From assembly GCA_944388695.1 (NCBI GenBank), contig CALXJT010000002.1, forward strand, positions 104-64,103: a stretch of DNA of 64,000 nucleotides, given 5' to 3'. Below are positions 27,863 to 36,733 of the stretch, in pieces. Every line of letters begins with the position of its first letter. Position 1 is the stretch's first letter. The stretch comes from an uncultured Clostridia bacterium. GTDB taxonomy: Bacteria > Bacillota > Clostridia > TANB77 > CAG-508. The notes beneath the pieces are model-generated. The model saw only the letters and a list, made by a program, of their open reading frames with translations, searched no databases and had not been told where the DNA came from. A program made the position numbers and the translations under genes.

Positions 27863-28865
27863 GTGAAAAAGATAGGAAAGCAAACTATACAATTTGATAC
27901 TCCACCTACTATTTATGAATGTGCAAGTATTGTAGGTCCTAAAGAAGCGCAAGGTCCACTTTCTAAATTTTTTGACCAAACATTAGAGGATGAATTTTGG
28001 GGTGAAAAAACGTGGGAAAAGGCTGAAAGTAAAATTATAAAAGAAACTGTCAATTCTGTTATTACAAAATCTGGTATTCCTGCAAACCAAATTGATTGTT
28101 GTTTTGCTGGTGATTTATTAAATCAATGTCTTTCTTCTAGTTTTGGTTTACGAGAACTTAGTATACCTTTTTTTGGGGTTTTTGGTGCATGTTCTACTTT
28201 TGTAGAATCAATGTCACTTTCTGCAATATGTGCTGAAAGTTTTGCAGAATATGTTTTATGTGCTACCTCTAGTCATTTTTGTAGTGCTGAAAAACAATTT
28301 CGTTTTCCACTTGAACTTGGTAACCAAAGACCTCAATCTTCTCAATGGACTGTAACAGGTAGTCGGAAGTACCATAATCTCAAAAAGTGGAAATGGACCT
28401 TATATTACAACAATTACACCTGGTAAGATAGTAGATATGGGAATAAAGGATGGAAATAATATGGGTGCTGCTATGGCTCCAGCATTTGCAGACACTTTAA
28501 CTGCACATTTTTTAGACACTGGTCGTAGTCCAAATTATTATGATGCTATTATTAGTGGAGATTTAGGATATGTTGGTAAAGAGATTGTAATTGATATTAT
28601 GTCCTCTCAAGGATATAACATAAAAAATAATTATAATGATTGTGGTGTTCTAATTTTTGATAAAGATTCTCAAGATACACATTCAGGCGGTAGTGGATGT
28701 GCTTGTGCAGCAACTGTATTTTCTGGATATTTTTATAAACTTTTAAAAGAAAGAAAAATAAATAAATTACTATTAATAGCAACAGGTGCATTAATGAATT
28801 CAACAAGTTCTCAACAAGGTGAATCAATTCCAGGAATTGCTCATGCAATAAGTATTGAAAATTGA
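27863..28865 (+). pseudogene. spoVAD: stage V sporulation protein AD, interrupted by a +1 frameshift near 28364
   Basis: The two ORFs (27863-28426 and 28437-28865) are the N- and C-halves of SpoVAD. Skipping the C at 28364 restores …QWTVTGSGSTIISKSGNGPYITTITPGKIVDMGIKDGNNMGAAMAPA…. Confidence 0.8.
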
Positions 28866-28895
28866 TTAAAACTTTAATCGAGAAAGGAGTTTAAA

Positions 28896-29288
28896 ATGGA
28901 TATAGACTGGTCTCAAGTTTTTAATTTTAGTTCTCTTATAAAATGTTTCATTGTTGGTGGATTAATTTGTGTAATCGGTCAAATTTTAATTGATAAGACA
29001 AAGCTAACTCCCGCAAGAATTTTGGTTATTTTTGTAACAACAGGTGTTATACTTGGTGGAATTGGTGTTTATCAATATTTAGTTGACTTTGCAGGTTCTG
29101 GTGCAACAGTACCTTTAACAGGTTTTGGATATAATTTAGCCAAAGGCGTTATAGAAGGCGCTAAACAAAGTGGTTTAGTCGGTGTTTTTACAGGTGGTGT
29201 AAAAGCAGCTGCTGGTGGAATTGCTGCAGCAGTTTTCTTTGGATATCTTGCAGCATTAATTTCTAAACCTAAAATGAAAAAGCAGTAA
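28896..29288 (+). CDS. spoVAE: stage V sporulation protein AE (SpoVAEB-type)
   Basis: FIVGGLICVIGQILID and VPLTGFGYNLAKG blocks, paralogous to SpoVAC. 130 aa. Confidence 0.88.
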   Translation: MDIDWSQVFNFSSLIKCFIVGGLICVIGQILIDKTKLTPARILVIFVTTGVILGGIGVYQYLVDFAGSGATVPLTGFGYNLAKGVIEGAKQSGLVGVFTGGVKAAAGGIAAAVFFGYLAALISKPKMKKQ

Positions 29289-29304
29289 AAATTATTACAC
29301 ATAA

Positions 29305-29349
29305 TAAAAAACGATATAAACTCCATTTTATAAGTTCATATCGTTTTTT
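29305..29349. terminator. bidirectional terminator between spoVAE and rplT
   Basis: AAAAAACGATAT at 29305-29316 is complementary to ATATCGTTTTTT at 29338-29349. The A and T runs give a U-tract on either strand. Confidence 0.6.
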
Positions 29350-29385
29350 ATTTTGAATTTTGACTAATTTTTTTAATTTATTTAT

Positions 29386-29736
29386 CTATGCTTTTTTAGC
29401 CATTTCTACAACTTCTGTAAAAGCTTTTGGATCTGATACAGCCATTTCAGCTAGCATTTTTCTGTTTATTGTTATGTTAGCTTTTTTTAGTCCTGCTATT
29501 AATTTACTATATGTCATTCCATTCATTCTTGCAGCAGCATTAATTCTTGCTATCCATAATTTTCTGAAATTACTTTTTCTATCTTTTCTTCCAACATATG
29601 CATATGATAAAGATTTCATTACTGCTTGATTTGCATTTCTGAATCTATAATGTTTTGCACCATAATATCCTTTTGCTTGTTTTAATACTTTTTTATGTCT
29701 TGCTCTTGTTGTTCTTGCTGTTTTTACTCTTGCCAT
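29386..29736 (-). CDS. rplT: 50S ribosomal protein L20
   Basis: [28 protein letters not shown]. The start is the ATG at 29736, 8 nt after AAGGAAGG. Confidence 0.95.
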   Translation of the reverse strand: MARVKTARTTRARHKKVLKQAKGYYGAKHYRFRNANQAVMKSLSYAYVGRKDRKSNFRKLWIARINAAARMNGMTYSKLIAGLKKANITINRKMLAEMAVSDPKAFTEVVEMAKKA

Positions 29737-29782
29737 TTTTTTCACCTTCCTTATTTTGTTATTCTTTATTTGTTATACTTTT

Positions 29783-29986
29783 TTATCCACCATATGGTAA
29801 TAATTTTTTAATTGTATTTTTGCATGATTTATCAGCATAAGCATTTTGAATTTTTCCTGATTTTTTTTGTCTTTTTGTTTTATTTGCTAATAAATGTCTT
29901 CTGTTTGATTTTGTTCTTTTTACTTTTCCTGTTGCTGTTAATCCATATCTTTTTTTAGCAGCTTTATTTGTTTTTAATTTTGCCAT
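29783..29986 (-). CDS. rpmI: 50S ribosomal protein L35
   Basis: MAKLKTNKAAKKRYGLTATGKVKRTKSNRRHLL. 67 aa, lying between infC and rplT. Confidence 0.93.
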   Translation of the reverse strand: MAKLKTNKAAKKRYGLTATGKVKRTKSNRRHLLANKTKRQKKSGKIQNAYADKSCKNTIKKLLPYGG

Positions 29987-30032
29987 GAGTTACTCTCCTC
30001 CTTTTTGTTTTTATAACTTATTCTAAAGCATG

Positions 30033-30542
30033 TTATGCTTTTTTTGCTAAAATTGTAAACATATTTCTTCCTTCTAATTTTGGTTTCTTTTCAACTATCG
30101 CTATATCTTCTAATGCTTCAATGAATTTTTCTAGTACGACTTCTCCTGCTCTTGAATTATTTACTTCTCTTCCTCTAAATCTTACTGTAATTTTTACTTT
30201 GTTTCCGTCTTCTAGAAACTTTCTAGCATTTTTAGATTTGAATCCAAAATCATGTTCTTCAATATTAGGAGTTACTCTTAATTCTTTAATTTCTAGAGTT
30301 TTTTGCTTTTTCTTTGCTTCTTTTTCTTTTTTAGCTTGCTCAAATTTATATTTTCCATAGTTCATAATCTTACAAACTGGTGGATTTCCATTTGGAGCAA
30401 CTAAAACTAAATCTAAATTTTCTTTTTCTGCCATTTCTAAAGCTTCTTTTGTAGGTAATATTCCTACTTTTTCTCCATTTACTCCTATTAATTGAACTTG
30501 CTTTTCTCTAATTTGTCCATTGATTGGTAATTCTTGTTTTAT
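30033..30542 (-). CDS. infC: translation initiation factor IF-3 (probable non-canonical ATA start)
   Basis: INGQIREKQVQLIGVNGEKVGILPTKEALEMAEKENLDLVLVAPNGNPPVCKIMNYGKYKFEQ. GGAGGTG lies 7 nt upstream of ATA at 30542-30540. The ORF-track ATG at 30590 has no RBS and adds non-conserved residues. Confidence 0.88.
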   Translation of the reverse strand: MKQELPINGQIREKQVQLIGVNGEKVGILPTKEALEMAEKENLDLVLVAPNGNPPVCKIMNYGKYKFEQAKKEKEAKKKQKTLEIKELRVTPNIEEHDFGFKSKNARKFLEDGNKVKITVRFRGREVNNSRAGEVVLEKFIEALEDIAIVEKKPKLEGRNMFTILAKKA

Positions 30543-30698
30543 ATTAAAACACCTCCATACATAAAAAAATTGACTTTTGTTACAAGTCAATTCATCTAAA
30601 TCAATGTTAAAAGTTTTTTTACTTTTATATATAGATTTTTCTAACCTTTTTCCTTTGGATAAGGTGAGAAGATGATTCTTCTTCTTGTAACGTTAAAT
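30543..30698 (-). promoter_or_regulatory. 5' leader of infC-rpmI-rplT (candidate L20-responsive leader)
   Basis: About 150 nt of untranslated leader lie between a strong promoter and infC. Firmicutes regulate this operon through an L20-binding leader. I did not verify the fold. Confidence 0.3.
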
Positions 30699-30726
30699 AT
30701 TATATCATATTTTTTTATTTTGTCAA
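30699..30726 (-). promoter_or_regulatory. sigma-A promoter of infC operon (extended -10)
   Basis: The minus strand reads TTGACA (30726-30721), a 17-nt spacer ending in TG, then TATAAT (30704-30699). Confidence 0.6.
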
Positions 30727-30807
30727 GCGATTTTTTCAAATTTCTTTATACTAAAGTTTCAGTTACTAAATTTTAGATATTAGTTTTTTAAACTTTCAAT
30801 TAAATCA

Positions 30808-31650
30808 CTATATGCTCCGTGTTTCTGTATCTTTTACTATCCATATATGTCCCTGCTCTTCATATTCTCTCAATTCAATTTCTACATTTTCTTCTTTTGC
30901 TTTTTCTATTAAAACATGTACATCAGGATTTAAGATATCATATGTTCCAGTATATATTATTACATTTTTTAATCTTCCTAATGGTCCATCTATAGGGTTT
31001 ACTAAATAACTATCTTTTCCATCATTTCCACTATATGCTATTCCTGCAATTTTTAATGCTTCTTTTTTTAGATCTTTATCTAATGGTTCAATTTCAGTAA
31101 TTTCAGGATTTGTCATTCTTGTATCTAGCCATGGTGATATCAATATTAATTTTTCTGGAAGTTCTTTATATTCTTCTCCTAATTTTTCTTCTAATGCTAA
31201 TGCCATTCCTCCACCTGCTGAATCTCCCATCATTATTAAATTTTTTGTATCTACTTTCTCTATTATTTCTTTATATAATGGTTCTATCATATTAAATACA
31301 TCTTTATATGTATATTTAGGAGTCAATGGATAATCTGGTAAAATTATAGTATATCCAGTATCCTTACATAATTTTTCTAGAAAACTCCAATGTTCTTGTG
31401 ATGTTTCTGCTACATATGAACCTCCATGGAAATATAAGATATATTTATTTTCATCTGATTTTATTATTGGCTCTATTATAAAAACTTTTCTTCCAACAAA
31501 ATTTTTAGTTGTTATCATGCAATCTTGTTCTATACTCTTGGGATTTTTTGACTGAATATCAACTATTAGGAAATATGCAACTATCCCTAAAATTACTAGT
31601 ATTAATAATACGATAATCGCTATAAAAACTGCTACTACTCTTTTTATCAT
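30808..31650 (-). CDS. membrane-anchored alpha/beta hydrolase (esterase/lipase family)
   Basis: N-terminal TM, oxyanion motif FHGGSYV and nucleophile elbow GDSAGGG. Confidence 0.75.
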   Translation of the reverse strand: MIKRVVAVFIAIIVLLILVILGIVAYFLIVDIQSKNPKSIEQDCMITTKNFVGRKVFIIEPIIKSDENKYILYFHGGSYVAETSQEHWSFLEKLCKDTGYTIILPDYPLTPKYTYKDVFNMIEPLYKEIIEKVDTKNLIMMGDSAGGGMALALEEKLGEEYKELPEKLILISPWLDTRMTNPEITEIEPLDKDLKKEALKIAGIAYSGNDGKDSYLVNPIDGPLGRLKNVIIYTGTYDILNPDVHVLIEKAKEENVEIELREYEEQGHIWIVKDTETRSI

Positions 31651-31802
31651 ATTTATTCCTTATATATTAGATTTAGGTTTTTTAGGTTCCTATAAACCTT
31701 ATAAATTTTAAAATTATATGATTCTTTTCTTCTTTAATTTTTTATGCTTTTAAAAGTTTCTGCATTTTTATATATGCTTTTATAATTCATATCTATGGAC
31801 TT

Positions 31803-31835
31803 GAAAAAGGAAAGTTGTTACCTTTCCTCTTTCAA
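31803..31835 (-). terminator. terminator downstream of xerD and the repeat array
   Basis: The minus strand reads AGGAAAG-GTAACAA-CTTTCCT followed by TTTTC. Confidence 0.45.
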
Positions 31836-31867
31836 ATATATATTTTCATTTTTATAGATTTATTTTT

Positions 31868-32045
31868 AAATAAATTTATATTTTAGATATTTTTATTTTC
31901 TTTAATAAATTTATACTTGCATATTTATATTTTACTGAATAAACTTATACTTTGCACATTTATATTTTATTTAATAAACTTATACTTTGCATATTTATAT
32001 TCTATTCAATAATTTTATGCCTTGCATATTTATATATCTTATTGA
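31868..32045. repeat. tandem array, five copies of a ~35-bp unit
   Basis: Units start at about 31868, 31904, 31938, 31973 and 32008. The consensus is AATAAACTTATACTTTGCATATTTATATTYTATT. Confidence 0.8.
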
Positions 32046-32058
32046 TATTAATCAATTA

Positions 32059-32940
32059 TTATGCTCTTGGATGTGCTTTTCTATATGCATTTTTTATTTC
32101 TTCATCTTGAAATTGCATATATACTTGTGTAGATGAAATATCTGAATGTCCTAGCATTACTTGAATTGCTTTTAAATCTGCACCATTTTGTAATAAATGT
32201 GTTGCAAATGAATGTCTTAATACATGTGGTGTAATATCCTTTGAAATATGTGCTTGTTCCTTATAATATTTTATTATTTTCCAAAATCCTTGTCTTGTTA
32301 ATCTCTTTCCATTAATGTTAACAAATAATGCTGTTTCTTTTTCATCTTTTATTAATATATCTCTTGCTTCTTCAATATATTCTTGAACTGCTTTTAATGC
32401 TATTTTTCCTAATGGGATATTTCTTTGTTTTCCTCCATGATGACATGTTACAAAACCTTCTTCTAGATTTATGTCATCTATATCTAATGAGATAATTTCT
32501 GTAACTCTCATTCCTGTTGCATAGGCAAACTCTAACATTGCTTTATCTCTTTTTCCTTTTAAGTCTACATCTTTTGGTTGTTCTAATAATAATTCTACTT
32601 CTTTTGCTGTTAAAACACTTGGTATTCTCTTTTCAATTTTTGGTGATTGAATTTTCTCTGTTGGGTCTTTTTTTACTTTTCCTTTTTTTACTGAATATTG
32701 ATAGAATGAACGGATTGATGCTATACATCTTGAAATTGTTGAAGGTTTCTTTCCTTCCTCTTCTAAATCTTTTATGTAATCTTTTATAATATCTTCATCG
32801 ATTCTATTATAGTGAACTTCTCTATACTCTAAATATTGTCTGAATTGTTTTAAATCTCTTTTGTATGATTGTAATGTGTTATTAGATAATTTTTTCTCAT
32901 TTTCTAAAAAATCAAAAAAAAGTTTAAGTTGTTTTTCCAT
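32059..32940 (-). CDS. xerD: site-specific tyrosine recombinase XerD/XerC
   Basis: N-terminal SAM-like domain (LSNNTLQSYKRDLKQF), the catalytic blocks ATGMRVTEI, HVLRHSFATHLL and LGHSDISSTQVY. Confidence 0.88.
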   Translation of the reverse strand: MEKQLKLFFDFLENEKKLSNNTLQSYKRDLKQFRQYLEYREVHYNRIDEDIIKDYIKDLEEEGKKPSTISRCIASIRSFYQYSVKKGKVKKDPTEKIQSPKIEKRIPSVLTAKEVELLLEQPKDVDLKGKRDKAMLEFAYATGMRVTEIISLDIDDINLEEGFVTCHHGGKQRNIPLGKIALKAVQEYIEEARDILIKDEKETALFVNINGKRLTRQGFWKIIKYYKEQAHISKDITPHVLRHSFATHLLQNGADLKAIQVMLGHSDISSTQVYMQFQDEEIKNAYRKAHPRA

Positions 32941-33092
32941 TTTTTCCCCCTACCCTTACTTTAAAAATTCTATTTACATAAACTATATATGTTATATCAA
33001 ACTATTAGAAAAAAGTAAATACATTTTTTAAATTTTTTTTGTTTTTTTATTTCTCATTTTAATTTTTCTTATGTAAAATGTAAGTAAATATT

Positions 33093-33737
33093 TTAATTTA
33101 TAAAATATTTACTTACATTTTTTAATATATTAGTAGATATCATTATTTCTATGACTGCAGCTATGCATAATAATAAAAGCATTATTACTGAAAAAATTGT
33201 ATGTCTAACTATTTCTAATTTTATGTTATCTTTTCTTCTGTCTTTAATTATTGATTTATATAGTTTAATTCCACTTACTGCTAAAGCTATTATAACTGGT
33301 ATTATTATAATATTTTGTAAAAATATACTTGAAAATACAAATAATATTCCCTGACCACTTTCTAATATTGTCATACATGCTGCTATTGTATATCCCAGGC
33401 AAAATCCTCTATATAATACTATTCCGAATACAATTGGTATCCCTATGACTGTAGTTCCAAAAAACCAAATTGTAATTGCAAGTATTGAATAATTTATTAT
33501 ACTATTTTTTATTAGTCCTATATAATCTAAACTTTCTGCTTTATTTATATTTTGTATAAATTGATTTAAGTAGTTTTTCACTGTTTCAAATTGTGAATCT
33601 TCTATATTATTCATAAAAAGGACTCCTAAAAATATTCCAATTATGAATATTAATGTTACTATAAAATATTCTTTTTTATTGTTTTTTATATGTGTTATTA
33701 TTGTTTCTTTTATTTTAAAATTCTTTTCTATTCTCAT
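33093..33737 (-). CDS. spoIIM: stage II sporulation protein M
   Basis: A 214-aa polytopic protein whose N-terminus (…KEYFIVTLIFIIGIFLGVLFMN) and TM layout are typical of SpoIIM. It is adjacent to xerD, as in other sporeformers. Confidence 0.75.
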   Translation of the reverse strand: MRIEKNFKIKETIITHIKNNKKEYFIVTLIFIIGIFLGVLFMNNIEDSQFETVKNYLNQFIQNINKAESLDYIGLIKNSIINYSILAITIWFFGTTVIGIPIVFGIVLYRGFCLGYTIAACMTILESGQGILFVFSSIFLQNIIIIPVIIALAVSGIKLYKSIIKDRRKDNIKLEIVRHTIFSVIMLLLLCIAAVIEIMISTNILKNVSKYFIN

Positions 33738-33801
33738 AAAAAAACTCCTTATTTTTTGTTTCTACATAATGTCTATTCAATAAGAAGTTTTTTAGAACTA
33801 T

Positions 33802-34989
33802 TTATTCAATTTTACCGTAATTTCCGCCTCCACCGGCATGTACAATGCAATTTCCTGTTCTTGCTTTTTCTATTGCTACAGCAACTTTTTTACCTGCTAC
33901 CGCTTCTATATCATCTTGTGATAACTTGTGTAATATATTCATTTCTGTTTCAAAATTTTCTAATAATTTTTCAATTGTCTTGCCTCCAACTCCTGGTATA
34001 AATCCTAGCGGAATTTGATAAATATATGGTGGTCTATTTTCAGGGCTTTTTGTTTCCTCTTTATCTTTTATTAATTCTATTCTATCAAAAACCCCAAATG
34101 TAACATTTTTACCTCCGCAATATGGGCATGTTTCTACAGGTTCTTTTGTTTCTATTGTTTTATTACAATCATCACAATATGTTCTATGGTATTTTCCAAG
34201 TTTTGGATCTAAACCATAATTTGAAATTACTTTTCTACCATCTTCATTTTTTAGAGCTTTTACTATTTCTTTATATGATATATCTTCTAGCTTTATTTTA
34301 TTATATTCTCTCGCAATTTTAGGTAATGAATGTGCATCAGAATTTGTTAAAAATGTTTTATTTTCTAATTCTGATATTGTATCTGCTAAAAATGTATCTG
34401 AACTTAATCCTAATTCTACAGCAAAAATTTCATCATATTTTTCTTTAAATATATCTTTTAATCTATCTGTACAATTCCCATAATAGCTTTTAAATGGTGT
34501 AAAAATATGTGCTGGTATTAATATCCCATTATATTTTTTTACTATATCTATTAATTCATATCCTGATAAATCTGTTCTTTGTGTACTTAATGTTATATTT
34601 TTTAAATGATGACTTAATTCATTTGAAAATCCTTTTATATCTTTTAGATGTGGAAAATAACATAAATTATGTGCTGCTCCTTTTTTTCCATTTCTTCCAT
34701 TTTCAGATGTTTCTACTTCACTTCCTAATAATATACATACTTTATCTTTATATATTATTCCTCCATCTTGTAATTCATATGCTTCACCTGTTTCTAAAAA
34801 TTTTTCTATATCTTCAATTACATATGGTGATGCACAATCTATTATTCCTACAACTTGTATTCCTTTTTTTTCTGCACATTCTTTTGCTATATTTGCAAAA
34901 TTTAATGTTTTTGCTGCTGTTATTTTTATTGGTTTTCCATTTTCTGCTCTTCCAATATGAACATGTAAATCTGCAAAAATCTCATACAT
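33802..34989 (-). CDS. endonuclease Q-like PHP-domain protein (TIGR00375 family)
   Basis: MYEIFADLHVHIG is a PHP metal site. A Zn-ribbon (CDDCNKT…CPYCGG) and a C-terminal helix-hairpin-helix-like segment are also present. Confidence 0.65.
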   Translation of the reverse strand: MYEIFADLHVHIGRAENGKPIKITAAKTLNFANIAKECAEKKGIQVVGIIDCASPYVIEDIEKFLETGEAYELQDGGIIYKDKVCILLGSEVETSENGRNGKKGAAHNLCYFPHLKDIKGFSNELSHHLKNITLSTQRTDLSGYELIDIVKKYNGILIPAHIFTPFKSYYGNCTDRLKDIFKEKYDEIFAVELGLSSDTFLADTISELENKTFLTNSDAHSLPKIAREYNKIKLEDISYKEIVKALKNEDGRKVISNYGLDPKLGKYHRTYCDDCNKTIETKEPVETCPYCGGKNVTFGVFDRIELIKDKEETKSPENRPPYIYQIPLGFIPGVGGKTIEKLLENFETEMNILHKLSQDDIEAVAGKKVAVAIEKARTGNCIVHAGGGGNYGKIE

Positions 34990-35004
34990 TTGATATCCCT
35001 CTTT

Positions 35005-35799
35005 CTATTCCTCTTCATTTCCTAATAGATGTCCCATTACTTTTCTTGTTGTTTCTTCACTAAATAATGGTCTATTTGGATTTTCTTTAGCTAATATTTT
35101 TTTATTTTGTGCATATTGAATTCCACCTTTTTTCTCTAATAATTCATCGATTTGTGGTTCAAATTCATATACAACTGCTGTTATAAATTTTTTTTCATCT
35201 TCTGAATTTCTATATAGTTCAACCAATGCTTCTAGTGGTGTTACTTCAGCTTTTGCTATATCATATTGCATTTTCTCTAATTCCTTTATAAAATCTATAA
35301 AAGATTGCATATATCTATTATACTTGTCTTTTAAGTTTCTATATTCAAGTAATACTAATGCTTCATCTGGCTTTAACCCAATTCTTTCTGGTCTATCTAA
35401 TAACATTCCTCCAAATTGGTCTACTAATTCTAGAATATCACTTTCTTTTTCTCTTGGATTACTATTACTATATCTATTTACTTCTTCACATATTTTACAA
35501 AATCTTTTATCAAAACCAATTGAAAATAGATATTCAGCTCCTCTTTTTGCATATGATTTAATTTGCTCTAAATCTTGTGATATTTCTAATTTTTGGCAAT
35601 TACATAATAAACATGCTGTTAATATTAAATTTTTATCTATTTCTATTGGAACATAATTTAAAAATATTCTTGCTATTTCTGTTTTAAATACTACTGATTT
35701 ATCGAAAAAAATATTTCTCTTTTTAGCTAAATAATATGTAATCTCTAATTTAGCTGATATCTCTTTTTCATTTAATATATACTCTGCAAATGTTTCCAT
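35005..35799 (-). CDS. hypothetical protein (all-helical, possibly degenerate HD-like)
   Basis: A 264-aa ORF with good coding appearance. No confident motif was found. Confidence 0.5.
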   Translation of the reverse strand: METFAEYILNEKEISAKLEITYYLAKKRNIFFDKSVVFKTEIARIFLNYVPIEIDKNLILTACLLCNCQKLEISQDLEQIKSYAKRGAEYLFSIGFDKRFCKICEEVNRYSNSNPREKESDILELVDQFGGMLLDRPERIGLKPDEALVLLEYRNLKDKYNRYMQSFIDFIKELEKMQYDIAKAEVTPLEALVELYRNSEDEKKFITAVVYEFEPQIDELLEKKGGIQYAQNKKILAKENPNRPLFSEETTRKVMGHLLGNEEE

Positions 35800-35904
35800 A
35801 TCTTTTGTGATATATATAATATATATCTTTCTCCTTTATCATATATTTAGGTTTTGGGGCTCTACCTATAAACCTGATTTTATGCATTATAAATTTAATT
35901 ATTT

Positions 35905-36022
35905 AAATCTTTATACTTTAAGTTGTTTTATCTAATTTATTATACTCTAACAATTTTAGCAAACTCATTATACTTTAACTATTTTTATCAAATTCATTAT
36001 ACTTTAACTATTTTTATTTTGC
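35905..36022. repeat. tandem array, four copies of a ~29-bp unit with TTATACTYT core
   Basis: Cores are at 35911, 35940, 35968 and 35997. The last two units are nearly identical (CATTATACTTTAACTATTTTTAT). Confidence 0.75.
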
Positions 36023-36065
36023 AATATATTTTGATGATGTAATAAAAATGTAATTTTTATTTTTT

Positions 36066-36533
36066 CTATAATAATGTCTTAATTGCTTCTCTTGCAAGTT
36101 CATCACATCTATTATTATATTCATTATCACTATGTCCTTTTACTTTTATAAATTTTACTTTATGTACTTTTGTAAGATTATATAATTCTTCCCATATCTC
36201 TTTGTTTTTTACAGGTTCTTTACTTGCTGTTTTCCATTGATTTTTTTTCCAATTATAAATCCATCCTTTTTCAAATCCATTAACTAAATATGCACTATCA
36301 CTATATAATTTCACTTCACATGGATATTTTAGTAATTTTAATCCTTCTATGGCTGCTGTCAATTCCATTATGTTATTTGTAGTATCTTTCTTTCCTCCAC
36401 TTATTTCCTTTTTATGATTACCATACATTAGTATTGCTCCCCAACCTCCTGGTCCAGGATTTCCAGAACATGCTCCATCTGTGTATATTGTTACTTTTTC
36501 CACTTTTATCCTCCTTTTTTCTTTTAATTTCAT
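36066..36533 (-). CDS. rnhA: ribonuclease HI
   Basis: [31 protein letters not shown] and [17 protein letters not shown]. Confidence 0.9.
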   Translation of the reverse strand: MKLKEKRRIKVEKVTIYTDGACSGNPGPGGWGAILMYGNHKKEISGGKKDTTNNIMELTAAIEGLKLLKYPCEVKLYSDSAYLVNGFEKGWIYNWKKNQWKTASKEPVKNKEIWEELYNLTKVHKVKFIKVKGHSDNEYNNRCDELAREAIKTLL

Positions 36534-36733
36534 TTTTCCTTTAAGAATCTATTTTTATATTATTTATTTTTTTGAGAAGTGCTTTAAAATTTTGAAATTA
36601 AACTTTATCTTATAAAATGTAACTTCTTCATTGAAACTTATTTATTGTTTTTTTAGCTTATTTATGCTATTATATCATAAATATTAATTTATACAATATA
36701 TAATTTCTTTTATTAAGAGGAGTGAATTTTATT

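Noticed and set aside
31868-32045. Tandem repeats next to xerD considered as a CRISPR array or as dif/Xer recombination sites.
   Set aside because: There are no unique spacers between the repeats, which are contiguous and degenerate, and no cas genes are present. The unit does not match the 28-bp Firmicute dif layout I remember (ACTTCCTAGAA-TATATA-TTATGTAAACT) beyond AT-richness.
32059-32940. Tyrosine recombinase considered as the integrase of a mobile element.
   Set aside because: The full XerD-type N- and C-terminal motifs and the housekeeping neighbours (spoIIM, endoQ-like) fit chromosomal XerD/RipX. I saw no phage or transposon genes and no flanking att-like direct repeats.
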